Below are positions 12,001-25,303 of a stretch of 64,000 nucleotides of DNA, piece after piece (position 1 is the stretch's first letter; each line of letters starts with the position of its first letter). The notes under the pieces are model-generated. The model worked only from the letters and a program-made list of their open reading frames with translations, was not told the origin of the DNA and ran no database searches. The DNA is from Tubulanus polymorphus (taxonomy: Eukaryota > Animalia > Nemertea): assembly GCF_964204645.1 (NCBI RefSeq), contig NC_134028.1:23928345-23992344 (forward strand), written 5' to 3'. Both the position numbers and the translations under genes were made by a program.

Positions 12001-15000
12001 TCGATTTCTCGTTGAATCATCAGCTTCGCTTGGCCGGAGCGATGCCTCATCAACCTACTAGTCCTAGTCACAGTAAGTATACTACACAGGGTTGGCTCTG
12101 ACCTGGTAGACTAACGAAATCGAAAAAATCTATTAAAAAAATCAGGGAAAAGCGAATGAATTTAGAAGCGGATGGACTGTGATCATTCTATTGTCATATA
12201 TTCAGCCGCTAAGGATCCGATGGCTCGTAAGATGAGACTTCGTCGTCGTGGACGCGACACGAAGCAGGACGGCAGCGATCAGGTGTTGAAGGGAATGCGC
12301 GACATCGCTAAAGATAAAGCACGCGGTATCACGAGAACGCCGTCTACTGACGCTGAGGATGCTGAACCACTCAGGTACAGTCTCCGGCCATGCTCTGCTT
12401 ATTGAATAAAACAGGGTTGTTACAGATCAGGGAAATCCGGGAATAACATTTTCCCCAGCTGGGACCTCGGGGAATTCTGACTTGAAAATCAGGAAATATT
12501 GAGGGAATTTGATGAGTTTGATGTTTTGTCATCAATAACAATAATGATGATTTATATTCCACATTAAATTACAACATCTCATTAAGAGCTATACAAAAGT
12601 ATACAAAATATGAGATATGATATTGATACAATGTGGAGGAGATGAAATGAAGCCATCAAGGGCTTGTAAAAGTTTCTAATCCCCTAGCACGCACTGATTC
12701 ACACTAACGCGCATACGTGCATTTCATACACATATACAGTAATTCTTGCTGGTGATGAGTGGCACAAAGAACTTATAGAAAGCAACAGTACCCCGTGCGG
12801 GATATGTTACGATTTAATCAGGGAATTTTTTTTCGAAGGTTAGGGAAATATCGGGGAATTTAGGATTCTCTGATCTGTAAGAGAAGCCCGAACGATATCG
12901 ATTCTCGCAATTCGTCGGTGAAATCAGAGCATTTTAAGAAATATCAAATGGCTTAATGTGGTGTATTCATTCCCTAGCGAAACGGAGGACAAACAGTGTA
13001 ACCCTAGCTACGATAGTAGTAGTCGTAATAGTAGTATAGTTAGTATAGATAGCGTTGAAGATGTAACGACAAAGTAAGAATATATTGTCTTCTGCGCGCT
13101 TCAGTTTTACAGCTATTTTCTCTCTCGCGTAGTAGAAGTCATCACGCACTTTTCAAAAACAGTTCTCCTTTTACTTCTCGCATCTGCAATAATTATTTAT
13201 TTTCTACGACGGTACACACCAGATATCGGTCTTGCTACTATTTATCATCAGGGCCTGGTTTTATAGAAAGGTTCCTAACTGAAACTCTTATCGGACTGTT
13301 AACGTTTAAAGGCACCTTTCTTTTAAACCAGCCGTAAAGAAATTTTTACGAGGTAATTTTCAGTCTTGTATTTTACTTCAGAATTCGTATTTATGATTAT
13401 GAAAATCAAGCCAGCTTAACAATTATTTATATCGCTCTGAAAATGAATGAACGTATTGAGCAATAATTGTGGAACTTGGTTTCAAGTCATTCACAACTGT
13501 AGCTCAAAATATAAAGGGCATGAAGTTTGAATCGAGCCATTTCAATATTTTTAAACAGTTACTGGCCGCATCCAGTCATTTCGTTTTCTTGCCTGTTTCA
13601 TTTTTAGGCCGAAGAAATGGAATGAAACGTTAGAAAAACCGAACTTAGATTACAGCGAAATATTCGAAGAAGACGTCGGTCAAATTCCGGGTTTGACTTG
13701 TTGGGAAATCGAGAACTTTTTGCCGAATCCCCTCGACGAAGGTAAAAATTGAAGACGGCAAAACAAGCGAAGATTATCTCCGGATTACGTTTTAATGATT
13801 TACTAGATTTTCACCCGTTTCGTCTGTTTTCGTTGAAGCTCTTCATGGAAAGTTTTACGAAGCCGATTGTTACATCGTATTGAAGACATTCATCGATGAA
13901 ACGAACAGCCTCAACTGGCAAATATACTTTTGGATCGGAGAAAAAACTACCGTAAGTTTTTATACGATCAAAGATCCTCGACTGATATGCATTTGAGCCG
14001 TGAAAGTGAAAAAATTAAATTTGCACTGACCGCTGCAAAATGCATTGATTTTATCTATTGGAGAATTAGGCCCTGTCAAATTGACAGACCTGACTGCCGT
14101 TACGGTTTAAGAGTAGTTTATACTCTTTCAAAGGCGCAATTACTACCACAATTATCAAAATGCGTTCAAAATCAGACTGAGTTCTTGTTAATTTTCAATC
14201 ACACTACTATTTTCGAATTGAAATTACTGTTATTTGGACTGAAAACTACTACAAAGCAAGACCCTGAGTAGTTAGTTACCTAATCGTTGGTAAGCTTTTT
14301 ATAATCGGATGGGCTTATACCAACCATATTATAAACTGGTATGTGGTTTGTGAAAATATCCGATTGTGAAACTAAACCACAGACAGGTTACTGACTAGAC
14401 CCTGAGGTATTCGGGGCTTAGATCTTATTACATACATTTGGAGAACTCATATTATAATTTGATTATAACTGTAGTTGGATAAGAAGGCTTGTGCGGCGAT
14501 TCACGCCGTAAATCTGCGTAATCTACTCGGCACCGAAAATCGTTGTATCAGAGAAGAGATGGCAGATGAAAGCGACGATTTCCTCGATTTATTCGAAAAT
14601 GAAATCTCTTACATCGAAGGTGGTCGCACTTCGAGCGGTTTCTACTCGTCCGAAGAAGGGGTATGTCACCAATTCTCGTATTTTGTCACCTGGTTGTTTT
14701 ACAGAAAAATCATTGTTTCTCATTGTTGTTTTCTAGGAATCGTCTGTGCGTATGTACAGAGCTCAAGGTACACAGAAAATACACGTCGGCGGGGTACGTT
14801 ACACTCTAGATATACCGATTAAACTTTTCCGTGTTTTCTGTGATTCTAGTGTGGATTTTATGTTTGTGTTTTTCAGGTGGAATTGAACAACAATCAGTTG
14901 GATTCTCGCTACGTATTTCTCATTGACGCCGGGCAGAATTTATTCCTGTGGATCGGACGAAAATCGAAAAATCTAACAAAATCTAAAGCGAGGTATCGAT

Positions 15001-18000
15001 TACATTTTTGGCAGACGACTACTATTTTAGAGTAGTTTCTACTAAAATACTAATGCTAAACTACTCTAGAAAATATATTGCATAGCTATTTTTGTCAAAC
15101 TACTCTCAACTCCTGCAATTAGAGATATCAGGTTGTCTGGTCTGGTTTAGTCGAAATTAGCGAAGTAGTAAACATAATTTTGTTGTGTTTTTTCTTCAGA
15201 TTAGTAGCTGAAAAAATCAACAAAAACGAACGCAAATCGCAGGCGAAAATCTTCATGGAATTCCAGGGTAAAGAGAGCGATGAGTTCTGGCAGACGCTCG
15301 GCGGTCAAAATAAAAACATCATCGATTGGGTGCCGGAAACCTGGACACCAGCACCACCTATACTTTACAATGTGAAACTAGGAATGGGTTATCTAGAGCT
15401 TCCACAGGGTAAGTACCGTATTTCAAAATTCTGAAGATTTTTGAATACTCGAAATTTGGAAGATTTCCTGACCTGTTGTGTCGATGTTATCAGCTGAAGT
15501 TCCACATCATAAACTCGTGAAGACGATTTTAAATACGAAAAATGTCTACATTCTGGATTGTAATACAGATTTCTTCATCTGGTAAATACTACTTACATAC
15601 TTAATCCTCTTCATCCCTACTGGGCCATGACAAACTTCTTCATCTTGGACTGGTCCTTAGCTCTGTAGCTGTGTGTTGAGCTTGGTCCCAAATGAGACCA
15701 GCGGAAGACATTTCAGTGGTGATGGTGCGTCTCCATGTGGTTTTGGGGTGGTGAATAATACACCTATGTATAAAGACTGGGGCAAAAAAGGGTTAACTAA
15801 CTTAATCCTTTGATGATGCGATGTTTTCTTGTTGTAGCATTATCTTATACGTACAAAATCCTCCTGCAACAAGATAGAAAAAAGTGTTTGAAATTTTTCC
15901 TTGAAATAATATTTACGTAATGTTTCGACCAGTCGTATTCAGGAATGTGTGGATGACTGTTAGGATAGAGTCGAAAAATTGAATATTAGCTCATGGAAAT
16001 ATTTAGGACTTGTACCTCGTTAATTGTGGGAGATTTTATGTAAGAGTTAACTCTTAATACCTGTCTACCCTACATTTATTGTGGGAGATTTTATGTTAAC
16101 TCTAATACCTGTCTTCCCCACACTTATTGTGGGAGTTTTATAGAAGATTTAAGAGATTCTAGTTTTAAAGAAGGGCTAAGGGCTTTAAGGCTAGTCCTTG
16201 AAAATGATAATCTTGTTCGATGTGTAATGGTGTGATCTCGATAAATCGTGTTATTCGATTACAGGATCGGTAAGAAGTCGACTCGACTGGTGAGAGCCGC
16301 GGCGTTGAAACTCGCGCAGGAAGTTTTACGAGTCGTTCGTCGGCCGAGTTTCGTCTCGTTGACGCGATGCATCGAAGGCACCGAGCCGCAGGTGTTTAAA
16401 ACGAAATTCACCGGCTGGGACGACGTGATCGCGGTCGACTTCACGAGAACGTCGGAATCGGTGCAGAGACGCGGCGTCGATTTAAAGGTTATTATTTCAA
16501 CCTCCGAATTAAACGCGGTGGCCACTTACCGTATCTGGAAATCAGGGAATTTTGTAACAAAAAAGCTAAAAATCAGTGATGAGTTGGGGAAATTTGTTGA
16601 GATTGCTAGATCATGCGTAAAATCTAACAGTTTTTGTCTATGTTGTACATATTTGACTGTGTTAATTGATTGGATTCTTAGCAGATCAAGTCAGGGAAGT
16701 CAACGTGCATGTTTGGGAATAGTTGGGGAAAAGCAAGTCAAATGATGATTGATTTTTGATTGTGGTGGATTTTTTTAGGCAATTATGCAAAGAGACCAAA
16801 TCAAGACCGATCTTTCGGCTCTGTTTATGCCCAGACAACCATCGATGGCTAAAGAAGAAGCTGTGAGTTTAGCGTTTATTATTATATAGAAATACCGGTA
16901 GATAGAACGTATAATAACGTGATGATTAAACTGATCACTGTTTTGTAGGAGACGCTGATGACCGAATGGAATGAAGATTTAGACGGAATGGAATCGTTTG
17001 TTTTAGAAGGAAAGAAATTCGTTCGTTTACCGGAAGAAGAAATTGGTAAAGAATCGATTCGAAAACAAGTGAAATTTTTCGTTGTTATTTACCGTCAGTT
17101 CCGATTGTGTTATTGTTATATTTCGACCCGATTCAGGACATTTCTATACGAATGACTCGTACGTGTTTTTGTGTCGGTATTGGGTTCCGGTTGAGTTACC
17201 AGAGGGCGTTGACGAGGAAGACGTCGAGGATGAAGATTTACCCGAGGATGAATATAAATGCACGGTCTACTTCTGGCAAGGCAGACATGCCGGAAACATG
17301 GGCTGGTTAACTTTTACATTCAGGTAAGTTTAGGGGTTGGGGAATTACGAATTACTGGAGTTTTACGAGAAAGTTCAGTTCAAGAGGGTCCTCCCTGCAA
17401 ACTATTTAATTTGAACAAAGTGCCCAAAACTCCTTCAATTTTGAGAAATAGGCAATTACAAATTTTTGTCTACAGTTTTAGACCACCCCTATACCGATAC
17501 AGTTGGGACCTGGATTTTTTTTCCCCAATTAGGCAGTTACTGAATAGTTCAGTGTGTAATGAAAATTAATGGTTTACCAAGATAAACAGTACCGATTTAG
17601 GATATATGAGAGTGATACGGACACTTCCTTGAAATCTTCTCCTTTAAAGCTCCGTGAAAACTCCTTATATCCAGGAATGAGCAATCTGTAGAGAAACCCT
17701 GATCTAGAAATATGGCTAAAAGTTGCGTCTTCTTTTTCACAGTTTGCAGAAGAAATTCGAATCGTTATTCGGCGATAAACTCGAAGTCGTCCGAACTCAT
17801 CAACAACAAGAGAATCTGAAATTCCTGTCTCATTTCAAACAGAAGTTCGTCATCCACAACGGAAAACGCAACGTTACTCCGGCGAAAATGCCGACGGAAT
17901 TCTTCCAGATCCGATCGAACGGTAGTCCTATCGCTACTCGATGTATACAGTGCAATCCATCTGCTAGTCTTCTCAACTCGGAGTTCTGGTGAGTTTTGTA

Positions 18001-20183
18001 ATCGGCGCTCCTATAGATCAGGAAGATCAAGGAATTCTGAAAGTCAGGGAAAATTGATTTTTTGGTGTCTTCTTGTTCTTGTTGGTAGCGAATGGCCCTA
18101 GGAACCAATTGATAATGAACAGCCCCCACTGGGGATATCTTTTCAATTCAATCAGATGGGTCTGGGAAAATCAGAGAAATATCTGGGTATTTTGGATTCT
18201 CCATTCTGTAAGAACTCTGTTATTATCAACTTAGTGCAGGTTTTTTTTTAATAAAAGGAATTGGGAAAGGTGAAATATTCTCAGTCAATCTTACAAGTAT
18301 CAAAAGGTAGTCATTGAATTTTGTTCAATTTTCAGTTTTATTTTACGGGTGCCGTTTGAAGGCACAGATCAGGGTATTGTTTACGTATGGGCCGGTAAAA
18401 AGAGCGATCCTGATGAAGCTAAACTCGCTGAAGAAATAGCTATGGACATGTACGGGGTAAGTAGAAGAAGGGTGACAACCAACCTGGAAATCTGGAAAAA
18501 GTCAGGGAATTTTCATTACATTAAAAAAGTCAGGGGAAAGTCAGGGAATTTTGTGAAACAAAAACTAAAAATCAGGAAAAAGTCAGGGGAATTTGTTCAG
18601 ATAGTAAGAGTCAATTCAAATAGGGTGGCCACATACCTGGAAATCAGGGAAAATTCTTTTCTAGTCAGGAAATTTTATAAAAAGGCTAAGTCAGGGAAAT
18701 TTGTTGAGATTGCTATATCATGCGTATAATCAAACTTCTTTCCAACTATGTTTTACAAACTTGACTATGTTAATTGATTGTATTCTTAGTTGATCAAGTC
18801 AGGGAAAACTCAAGGGAAAGCAAGTCAAATAAAAGTGGCCACACCCTGAGAATATCCATTTTATTTTCCTCACATTTGTTGAAAGTTGAAATTTCAAATA
18901 TTTTACTAGTTTTCTCTTTCTGTTCGTTCTGTGCAGAATAATCATTCGATTCAATTCATCTCGGAGGGCGAGGAACCGGAGAACTTTTTCTGGGTCGGAA
19001 TCGGCGGCAGAAAGAAATACGAAGAGGTAATTAGTAAAAACCAGTTAAAACAGGTTACAGGTACTCAGTTCTATAGACAATCTTAAGACCGGTCTTTTTG
19101 ATTCTGTAGCCAATCTAACAACTTCAGACCAGTCTATAAACTCATTGTGCTTCTATAGCCAACCTTAAACTTCAGACCAGTCTTAACTCATTTTGGTTCT
19201 ATAGCCAATCTAATAACTTCAGGCCAGTCTAAACTCATTTTGCTTCTATAGCTAACCTTTAACTTTAGGCCAGTCTAAACTCATTTTGGTTCTTTCAATC
19301 TAACAACAATCAGTCAATCTAGTTGTTAGATGTGGCCCACATTTGGAGTAGTCCCAGCTGCAGCTGGGGACTCGATTTTATAACTAATGCCTACAATTTG
19401 TTTCACAGGGAGCTGATTATATGCGTAACGCTCGATTATTCCGTTGTTCGAATGAAAAAGGATATTTCACAGTGTCAGAAAAATGTTCCGATTTCTGCCA
19501 GGTGAGAGTCGTGTGGCAATCGAGATGCTTTTAGTTTCTCGCGTGTTTTGTGCGGATTTTGATAACGGTTTTTATCTGTTGATTCAGGACGATTTAGCCG
19601 ATGACGATGTGATGATATTAGACAATGGAGCTCAAGTTTTTCTGTGGGTCGGACGCAAAACAAGCGACGTGGAAATAAAATTAGCATTTAAAAGTGCACA
19701 GGTAATGAAAATCAGAGAGAATATCATGTATCAGTCATCTCTCCCTGGGGAGAAGTAACACCGAGCTGCTAACAAACGCTCAGGAGTCATCTATCAGGCC
19801 AGGTACCCATTTACTCCTGGGTGGAGAGAGGCAATGAGGATAAGTGTCTTGCCCGAGGACACTACGGCAATGTACGGGGTTCGAACCCACGACCTGGCTT
19901 CACAGAGTCGAACGCTCTAACCGCTCGGCCACACCGCTCCAAATGCTCAATTCAGTTTTGAAAATGGTGCATAGGATTGATTCGAAACATCACGGCTCTC
20001 TATATTGAGTCTTTCTTCATAATTATTGTGGGTTTTCTTGTTTTATAGGTTTACATTCAACATATGCGCAATAAACAACCAGATCGGCCGCGGAAACTGC
20101 TGTTATGTCTGAAATACAAAGAGCCTCAACGTTTCAACAAGTGCTTCCACGGCTGGGATAAACATAAAGCAGTTATCGAATAA
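9001..20183 (+). CDS. FLII: Protein flightless-1 homolog (N-terminal LRRs + gelsolin repeats), about 30 exons
   Basis: Exon 1 (9001-9063) [20 protein letters not shown]; LRR exons (e.g. [18 protein letters not shown]); linker [13 protein letters not shown]; gelsolin-repeat exons ([51 protein letters not shown]); last exon 20049-20183 ends [13 protein letters not shown]-stop. Confidence 0.96.
10297..10529. mobile_element. Non-autonomous element with GGATCC-containing termini in an FLII intron
   Basis: Ends CAGATGTGGATCCAGG / CCTGGATCCACCTG; a related end CTGGATCCGCCCCTG occurs at ~2890. Confidence 0.6.
12978..13073 (+). CDS. FLII: Candidate 96-nt cassette exon of FLII (Ser-rich linker insert)
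   Basis: ttcattccctAG acceptor and GTAAGA donor; phase 2-2, matching the flanking exons; open frame [33 protein letters not shown]. Confidence 0.7.
17380..17702 (-). mobile_element. Dispersed intronic repeat, inverted relative of 61895-62232
   Basis: Shared blocks such as ctccttatatccaggaatgag, gataaacagtaccgattta and ccaattaggcagtta are reverse complements of sequence in the ZDHHC6 intron copy. Confidence 0.75.
18621..18849 (+). mobile_element. Non-autonomous DNA element with (C)AGGG-GTGGCCAC termini and internal TCAGGGAA repeats (relatives ~16517-16745, 18470-18600, 22897-23150, 24389-24645, 12410-12500)
   Basis: Ends AGGGTGGCCAC / GTGGCCACACCCTG; the internal block gttaattgattg..ttcttag..gatcaagtcagggaa..gcaagtcaa is shared by the copies at 16517 and 24389. 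Confidence 0.75.
19100..19320 (+). repeat. Minisatellite, unit ~43-46 bp, about 5 degenerate copies
   Basis: Unit approx. ttctatagccaatctaacaacttcagaccagtctaaactcattttgg repeated head to tail with no unique spacers. Confidence 0.85.
19741..19940 (-). mobile_element. tRNA-derived SINE with CORE-like central domain in the last FLII intron
   Basis: Minus strand reads GGAGCGGTG-TGGCCGAGCGG (A box)...GGTTCGAACCC (B box), then GTGTCCTCGGGCAAGACACTT...CACCCAGGAGTAAATGGGTACC, which resembles CORE-type SINE bodies. The 3' boundary is approximate. Confidence 0.85.
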
Positions 20184-21833
20184 GGTGCCAAATAATTATG
20201 TGTCTGTGATAACAAAATTCTTGTCTTGTTTTGGAAAATTTAGAAATATACAGATATTTCTTGGACCCGAAGTGCGAAACGGTTAATGTTCTAAATGTTA
20301 AACTCATTCCCCATTGGTTTGCTATAGGAATAATTTAATAAGAACTAGACTCGAATTGACTCGTTTACTTAAGGTCCAAACAAAGTTGTTCTGATAATCT
20401 GTGTGTAATGAAAGAGAAAATGAATAGCTCTATAAATTCTACTCGGAGATTGCTGCTTGTGTTAAACTAGTATTATCATATAGTATTGTATCGTATTTAT
20501 TTTCATAAACAAGTATCAGTTGTGCAGTTGAATACAAGACTGAAATCACAACAGATCCTGGTTCCAGTTGAATTCTTGAATTTTTTCATTTGTTCATGCG
20601 TAAACCGGAGTAAAATATCAGATACAAATAGACAGAGATTCTGCTGCTGAATCATGTGCCAAATATCAGTAATATCAATATTAATCAATGTGGATTGTAA
20701 TGAATTTTAAGCTGTAGATTAGTGGCGATAACGGGCATATTCTCCGTTGAATTCTCACTTGCGTAAGGCTCAGACAATGTCGATCAATTTAATCTAAAAG
20801 TCATCTATATATTATTTGTTTGTATGTCCTTTTGGCTATGTAGTGCAGTCGAATTGAAATAACCCTATTCATATTTTCACCCACACTTCTATCTTCTAGT
20901 CTTAGCTACATTTATCATCCGATCCCGTGCTAATAATAGCGTTCTTTGTTTCTGACTGAATTTGCTGCCGATGAAAATTATCCCTTATCTATCTTTAATT
21001 AGCTCGATTTCATTCTAGAAAACGTGTAAAAATTTGTATAGCGAATGATTTTTTTTGTACGACTTATTTAAAACAATTGTATTAAACTAAAAGTAATTGA
21101 AATGTGTTTTCGTGCGTGTGTTTGTATGTTGCGAATAGCGAGGAACTTCGGAGCTTGAAAATCCGAATTGAGAAATGAATGGAAAAGAAAATATTTAGGG
21201 CAAACAAAATAAAATTTTATTTACAGTTTACTGACAGACAATCGGTCAAAAAACCTACAGTCAATGAGTAATACACAGTAATAATTGATGTGACATAATT
21301 CATTATGTCTTAAATAGAATAGGTTTACATTATAATACAGAGTACATTATTCTAATTTCGTGGAAAATACATCGATTTACAATGACAAAAACTGTACCAT
21401 CACATGGGTATCTGTATATATGAGTGGAAATTACTTTTTTTCGCGAAAATCAACGAAAATGGGAGAAAAAAAGTAACGCATTCATGTGGAATTCAGTGCG
21501 TCCGACCACAAACACGGTCGGGTTGCCGAATTGTTTTATGGCCGGATGTCGATTCTACAGGGCAAAAATATCACAGCTACGCATCTTAAGCAACCGTTAA
21601 GATAATCATTATTGCTTTATAAATAGAAGAAATTTCATGATTCATTCGTCGATAAAAAATTTTTCTAAGCACTGATTTAAGTTTTTAAAACAAAAATAAA
21701 CTCAATTCGTGGTATGATAATAGCTCGTACTAAGATATTGCGGATTTTTTGTTACCATTTAAAAAGATTTAAATTTCAAATTCGACTTGGTTTTCGTTGA
21801 GCGTTGAGAGTATTTTAAAAGCTGGCAGTTCGT

Positions 21834-24796
21834 TCATACACAAGTAACTGATCGAACGGTTTTATAATTTTGACAGTTCACCGATCTGAAACGAGAAATT
21901 TGTATTTAAAATTCAGTGATTTGTAACCCGAGTAATCTGGTATTCGCGGGTACGTATTTCACTTACCTAACCACATTTAGATCGATGACCGACGAAATCG
22001 GTGCAGACTTTGGTCCCGGTGATGGCATGAATATTTTCCCGGTATTATTAACGACGTGAATCGGTCGTTTGACTTTGATTTTGAACGGATCGGCTGAATG
22101 TGTCGGGTATTGATCAAACGTTCCGGCTTTCATTCCACCAGGCTACATTATTAGGAAATAATTATACAACATTTATAAGACGAATGCCTAGGTTTACAAT
22201 AATACAATTGACTGGAATCAATCAGAACGGCCGAGTTTGATACAATTTTATGTTAAGTTGAAGTAATATTTTTATTGTTCCAGTACTTTACAATGCCACT
22301 GTTGGGACCAATGAAAAATATGGCGTTCATTGAGATTGAGCAGATTTGTTCTCTGAAAGATGGTGGCGTTAAAAGGGTTTGGAACGGACTTTGACTGTAC
22401 TTACGAATTTCGGCGGCGAACTCGGTTTAAACGGTTTTAAATCTTCTTTCTTTTTATCGCCGGATTTTTTCGGGGGTAAAGGTTTGTCGGTGTGATACGG
22501 GTTCAAATCGAAGTAGGCTCTCGGATGCATGTTTAACTTGAATGAACCGCCCTTCATCGAGTTACGATGACTGTCAAAGTCTTTCTACAATTATTCGGTA
22601 AAAACATGTAGCTAAACTATGAAAGAATTCAAGCATTTCTGACTTTGAAATTGAGTCGAAAAGTCTATTTTTCATACCTTGGCAATTTCTCGCGCTCGTT
22701 CATAAGGGTCAGCTTGGTATTTATGATACGGTCCTATAGTAACTCCTACATAGCTTTGATCAAAAAGAGAAATGTGACATTAGATTGCACCGATATAAAA
22801 TTGATGACTACGATCTCTGTGAATAACAAAAAATCCCACACTAAAATTGAAAAAGTCTCCTTGAGCTAGAAGTTTATTTCAACTGTATTCTCATACAGGG
22901 CGGCTTCTGACCTGGAAAACTCAGGGAATCAGAAGAAATCAGGGAAATTGACAAATTTTACAAAAAAAAACCTGGAAAACTCTTGATTCGGACAATGCTA
23001 TTGAATGCTTGTTTCTTTATCAGTATGTGATTCAATACAAAAATGAATGAATGATAACAGTTTGAATCTAGAAATTTCTCTGATTCACTAATGGAATTTT
23101 GTATAAACACAGGGGATTTCGAAAATGGGTGGAAAGTAACAGCTCTGTTAGAATCATTTTTAGGACAGTATTTTCTTCATTCTTAGTGTGAGACTTCATC
23201 ACAAGGTGGACAGTGTTTCATCAATCGTTATCATACCCAAATCCTGTGCCTCTTTTAGCCGGATTCGTGGTAAAGTTTCGACCGCTCTGTCTCCGGGCTC
23301 GACCGCCGGTCATCGATGGACTGAATGCTTGAATCGGACCACTTAGCGTTCCGTAGTGATTTCCTAATCCCGACCTGAAATACAAATTTACTTTGTACCA
23401 GTTGGGAAAGCGCGTAATTCCTTATGAAAATATAATGATAACGACAATAACTTTATTTTCCCTCGAATTACAACACATTACAAACAGAATTATATGAAGG
23501 AATACAAGAGGATGCCATTACTAGTATGATCATTGACGTATAGACTAGGGTTAAACTCTAGTCTATACGTCCATAGGGTTAAACTCTAGTCTATGCGTCC
23601 ATAGGGTTAAACTCTAGTCTATACGTCGATAATGATATTCATGTTGTAATAGAAGGGAAGGTTCTCGCAGAAGCAAAAGAATGCTTGCATTCGTAAGGCT
23701 CTTTCACCTATGCCAGACACACACTTATACATGTTCATTGCTACAATTACAATTTGAAAAAATGCGGTGACGTCACCTGGGGCCCAGATTCACAAAAGGG
23801 ATTAAGGCCTAAATCGATTTAAGATAAACTGAATTAATGAAGAAATTAAATCGATTTAAGAGTTAAACCTTTTAGTGGAACTGGGCCCTGGGTTACAAAG
23901 TGCCATTTCTCAGGGTCTCTATCATATATACATGTAAGACTAGGATTGAACTCTAGATCAATGCTTATATACAAAAGGCCCTGATAAAATCAGTAACTAT
24001 ATTCACGCTATTCGGATGAAAAAGGAAGGACCACATTTTAACGTCCCTGAATTAACTTACTGTTTTTTTTCACCACTGCTCGGTAAAAACGCTTTACCGA
24101 TATTTTTCTTTGATTCGTTCAGTCGTCTCTGACGTCGCGATTTAACCGGATCGCTGTACGCCTCGGCTTCCATTATACGATTGAATTTATCGGCGAAATA
24201 TCCATCCTGTCTCGACGACCTCGTTTTACTGCCACCCGGCAACATCTGTTTACCTTTACCGGCCGCCTCGTTGAAAGACGCTGCAAATTAAAAATGACAT
24301 TTAAATATTGCCTTACCAATTGAACTCCCAGGATAGGGTATTATGAGTACATGTTTTGAGGTGTATGATATGGGGCTAGGTTTAGACCGAGTGGCCATTT
24401 ACAATACACGGAAATCAAAGAAAAGTCAGGTAAATTTGTTAACATGTAAAATCAAACGGTTTCCATCTGTGTTGTATGTTGGTTAATTGATCGGATTCTT
24501 AGCAGATCAAGTTAAGGGAAAAACGGCTAGTCTGAACACCAGTCGTTGTTACCGGTTCCCTTTGTGGAACGACGGCTAGGTACTAGACAAGGAAAACGGT
24601 GTGCAAGTCAGGGAAAGAGCAAGTCAAGTAAAAGTGGCCATCCTGTTAGTTCAAGAGGAGTGTAACTGCTTTCGTTTTAAAATTATTGATCCGACTTACA
24701 AGCATTTCTAGATTTATATCGGTCTCCGATCGTGTGGTATTCCATTTCTTGGAATAAACCGATTCTCTCCATATCTGTTTTCCCTGTTTTGTCCAT
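21834..24796 (-). CDS. CFAP96: Cilia- and flagella-associated protein 96 (C4orf47/UPF0602 family), 7 coding exons
   Basis: ATG 24796: MDKTGKTDMERIGLFQEMEYHTIGDRY; then QMLPGGSK..GYF..KKNIGKAFLPSSGEKK, FTTNPAKRGTGFGY, FKLNMHPRAYFDLNPY, FKPSSPPK, GGMKAGTFDQYPTHSADPF; stop at 21834. Motifs match recalled human C4orf47. Confidence 0.92.
23531..23634. repeat. Mini-palindrome with one arm amplified as a 28-bp tandem repeat (x3)
   Basis: gacgtatagactag followed by (agggttaaactctagtctatacgtccat)x3; an unamplified relative catggacgtataaactag-atgtccat-ctagtttatacatccatg is at ~57684-57727. Confidence 0.8.
23779..23891. mobile_element. Short MITE (relatives ~13250-13335, 28630-28766, 32408-32520)
   Basis: TIRs GGGCCCAGATTCACAAAAGG / CCTTTTAGTGGAACTGGGCCC. 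Confidence 0.7.
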
Positions 24797-25289
24797 TGTG
24801 TCGATTCTGTTTCACGGTTTTCAATCTGAAAGATAAAGCGATACAAGTTCAAAACTATCCAAGAATTCTGGGTCTATCTCCTGGAGCATCTCAAGCAAGG
24901 GTCAACAGTCATTTTTTCGCCTTCTCAATTAAATTTCATAAACAACCACAGGTTTAGTTTCATAAACAGACATGGGTGCCCAGACATGTTTTGATCAACT
25001 TCACAATAACTGACTGCACTACAACAAAAACTTACAAAAAAGCAACTAATTATTTACTGCATAAAAAGAGTCCAGCAGACGTCTTCTGTCTGGAGAGAGA
25101 AGAACACAATTTGCTCACCTCAAAAAGGATCTCTTTCTGTTGACGGTGCGATTTCCTCAAATCTCCTCTTAGTCAAATTATTTTCTACACAACTTCATTC
25201 CCGACCCCGATCACAATTTTTTTCAACTCGATAGTTATTTACGCTCAAACACATACATTTCGAGAACCAGGAAATGATTACGGTATCGC

Positions 25290-25303
25290 GTTGCCATGGA
25301 GAC
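25290..25303. promoter_or_regulatory. RFX X-box upstream of CFAP96, with adjacent ETS-type site (ACTTCCGG, 25308-25315)
   Basis: GTTGCCATGGAGAC is a near-perfect match to the palindromic X-box GTTNCCATGGNAAC, ~500 bp upstream of a ciliary gene ATG. Minus-strand donor-like sites at ~25031 and ~25114 suggest intervening 5' UTR exons. Confidence 0.75.

Noticed and set aside
18457-18729. Lys-rich KSGNF-repeat extension of FLII ORF 18349-18729 (similarly 16488-16745)
   Set aside because: Read-through past a GT donor into an intronic TCAGGGAA-rich mobile element.
19100-19320. CRISPR-like array (also 23531-23634 and 16015-16140)
   Set aside because: Head-to-tail degenerate minisatellites without unique spacers, in introns of a eukaryote, with no cas genes.
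19860-19940. tRNA gene
   Set aside because: A and B boxes are present, but there is no proper acceptor stem or terminator and it runs into a SINE body.
21485-21560. Hairpin in the CFAP96 3' region (tccgacc/ggtcggg)
   Set aside because: Short, with competing pairings and no SECIS, IRE or pre-miRNA hallmarks; insufficient support.
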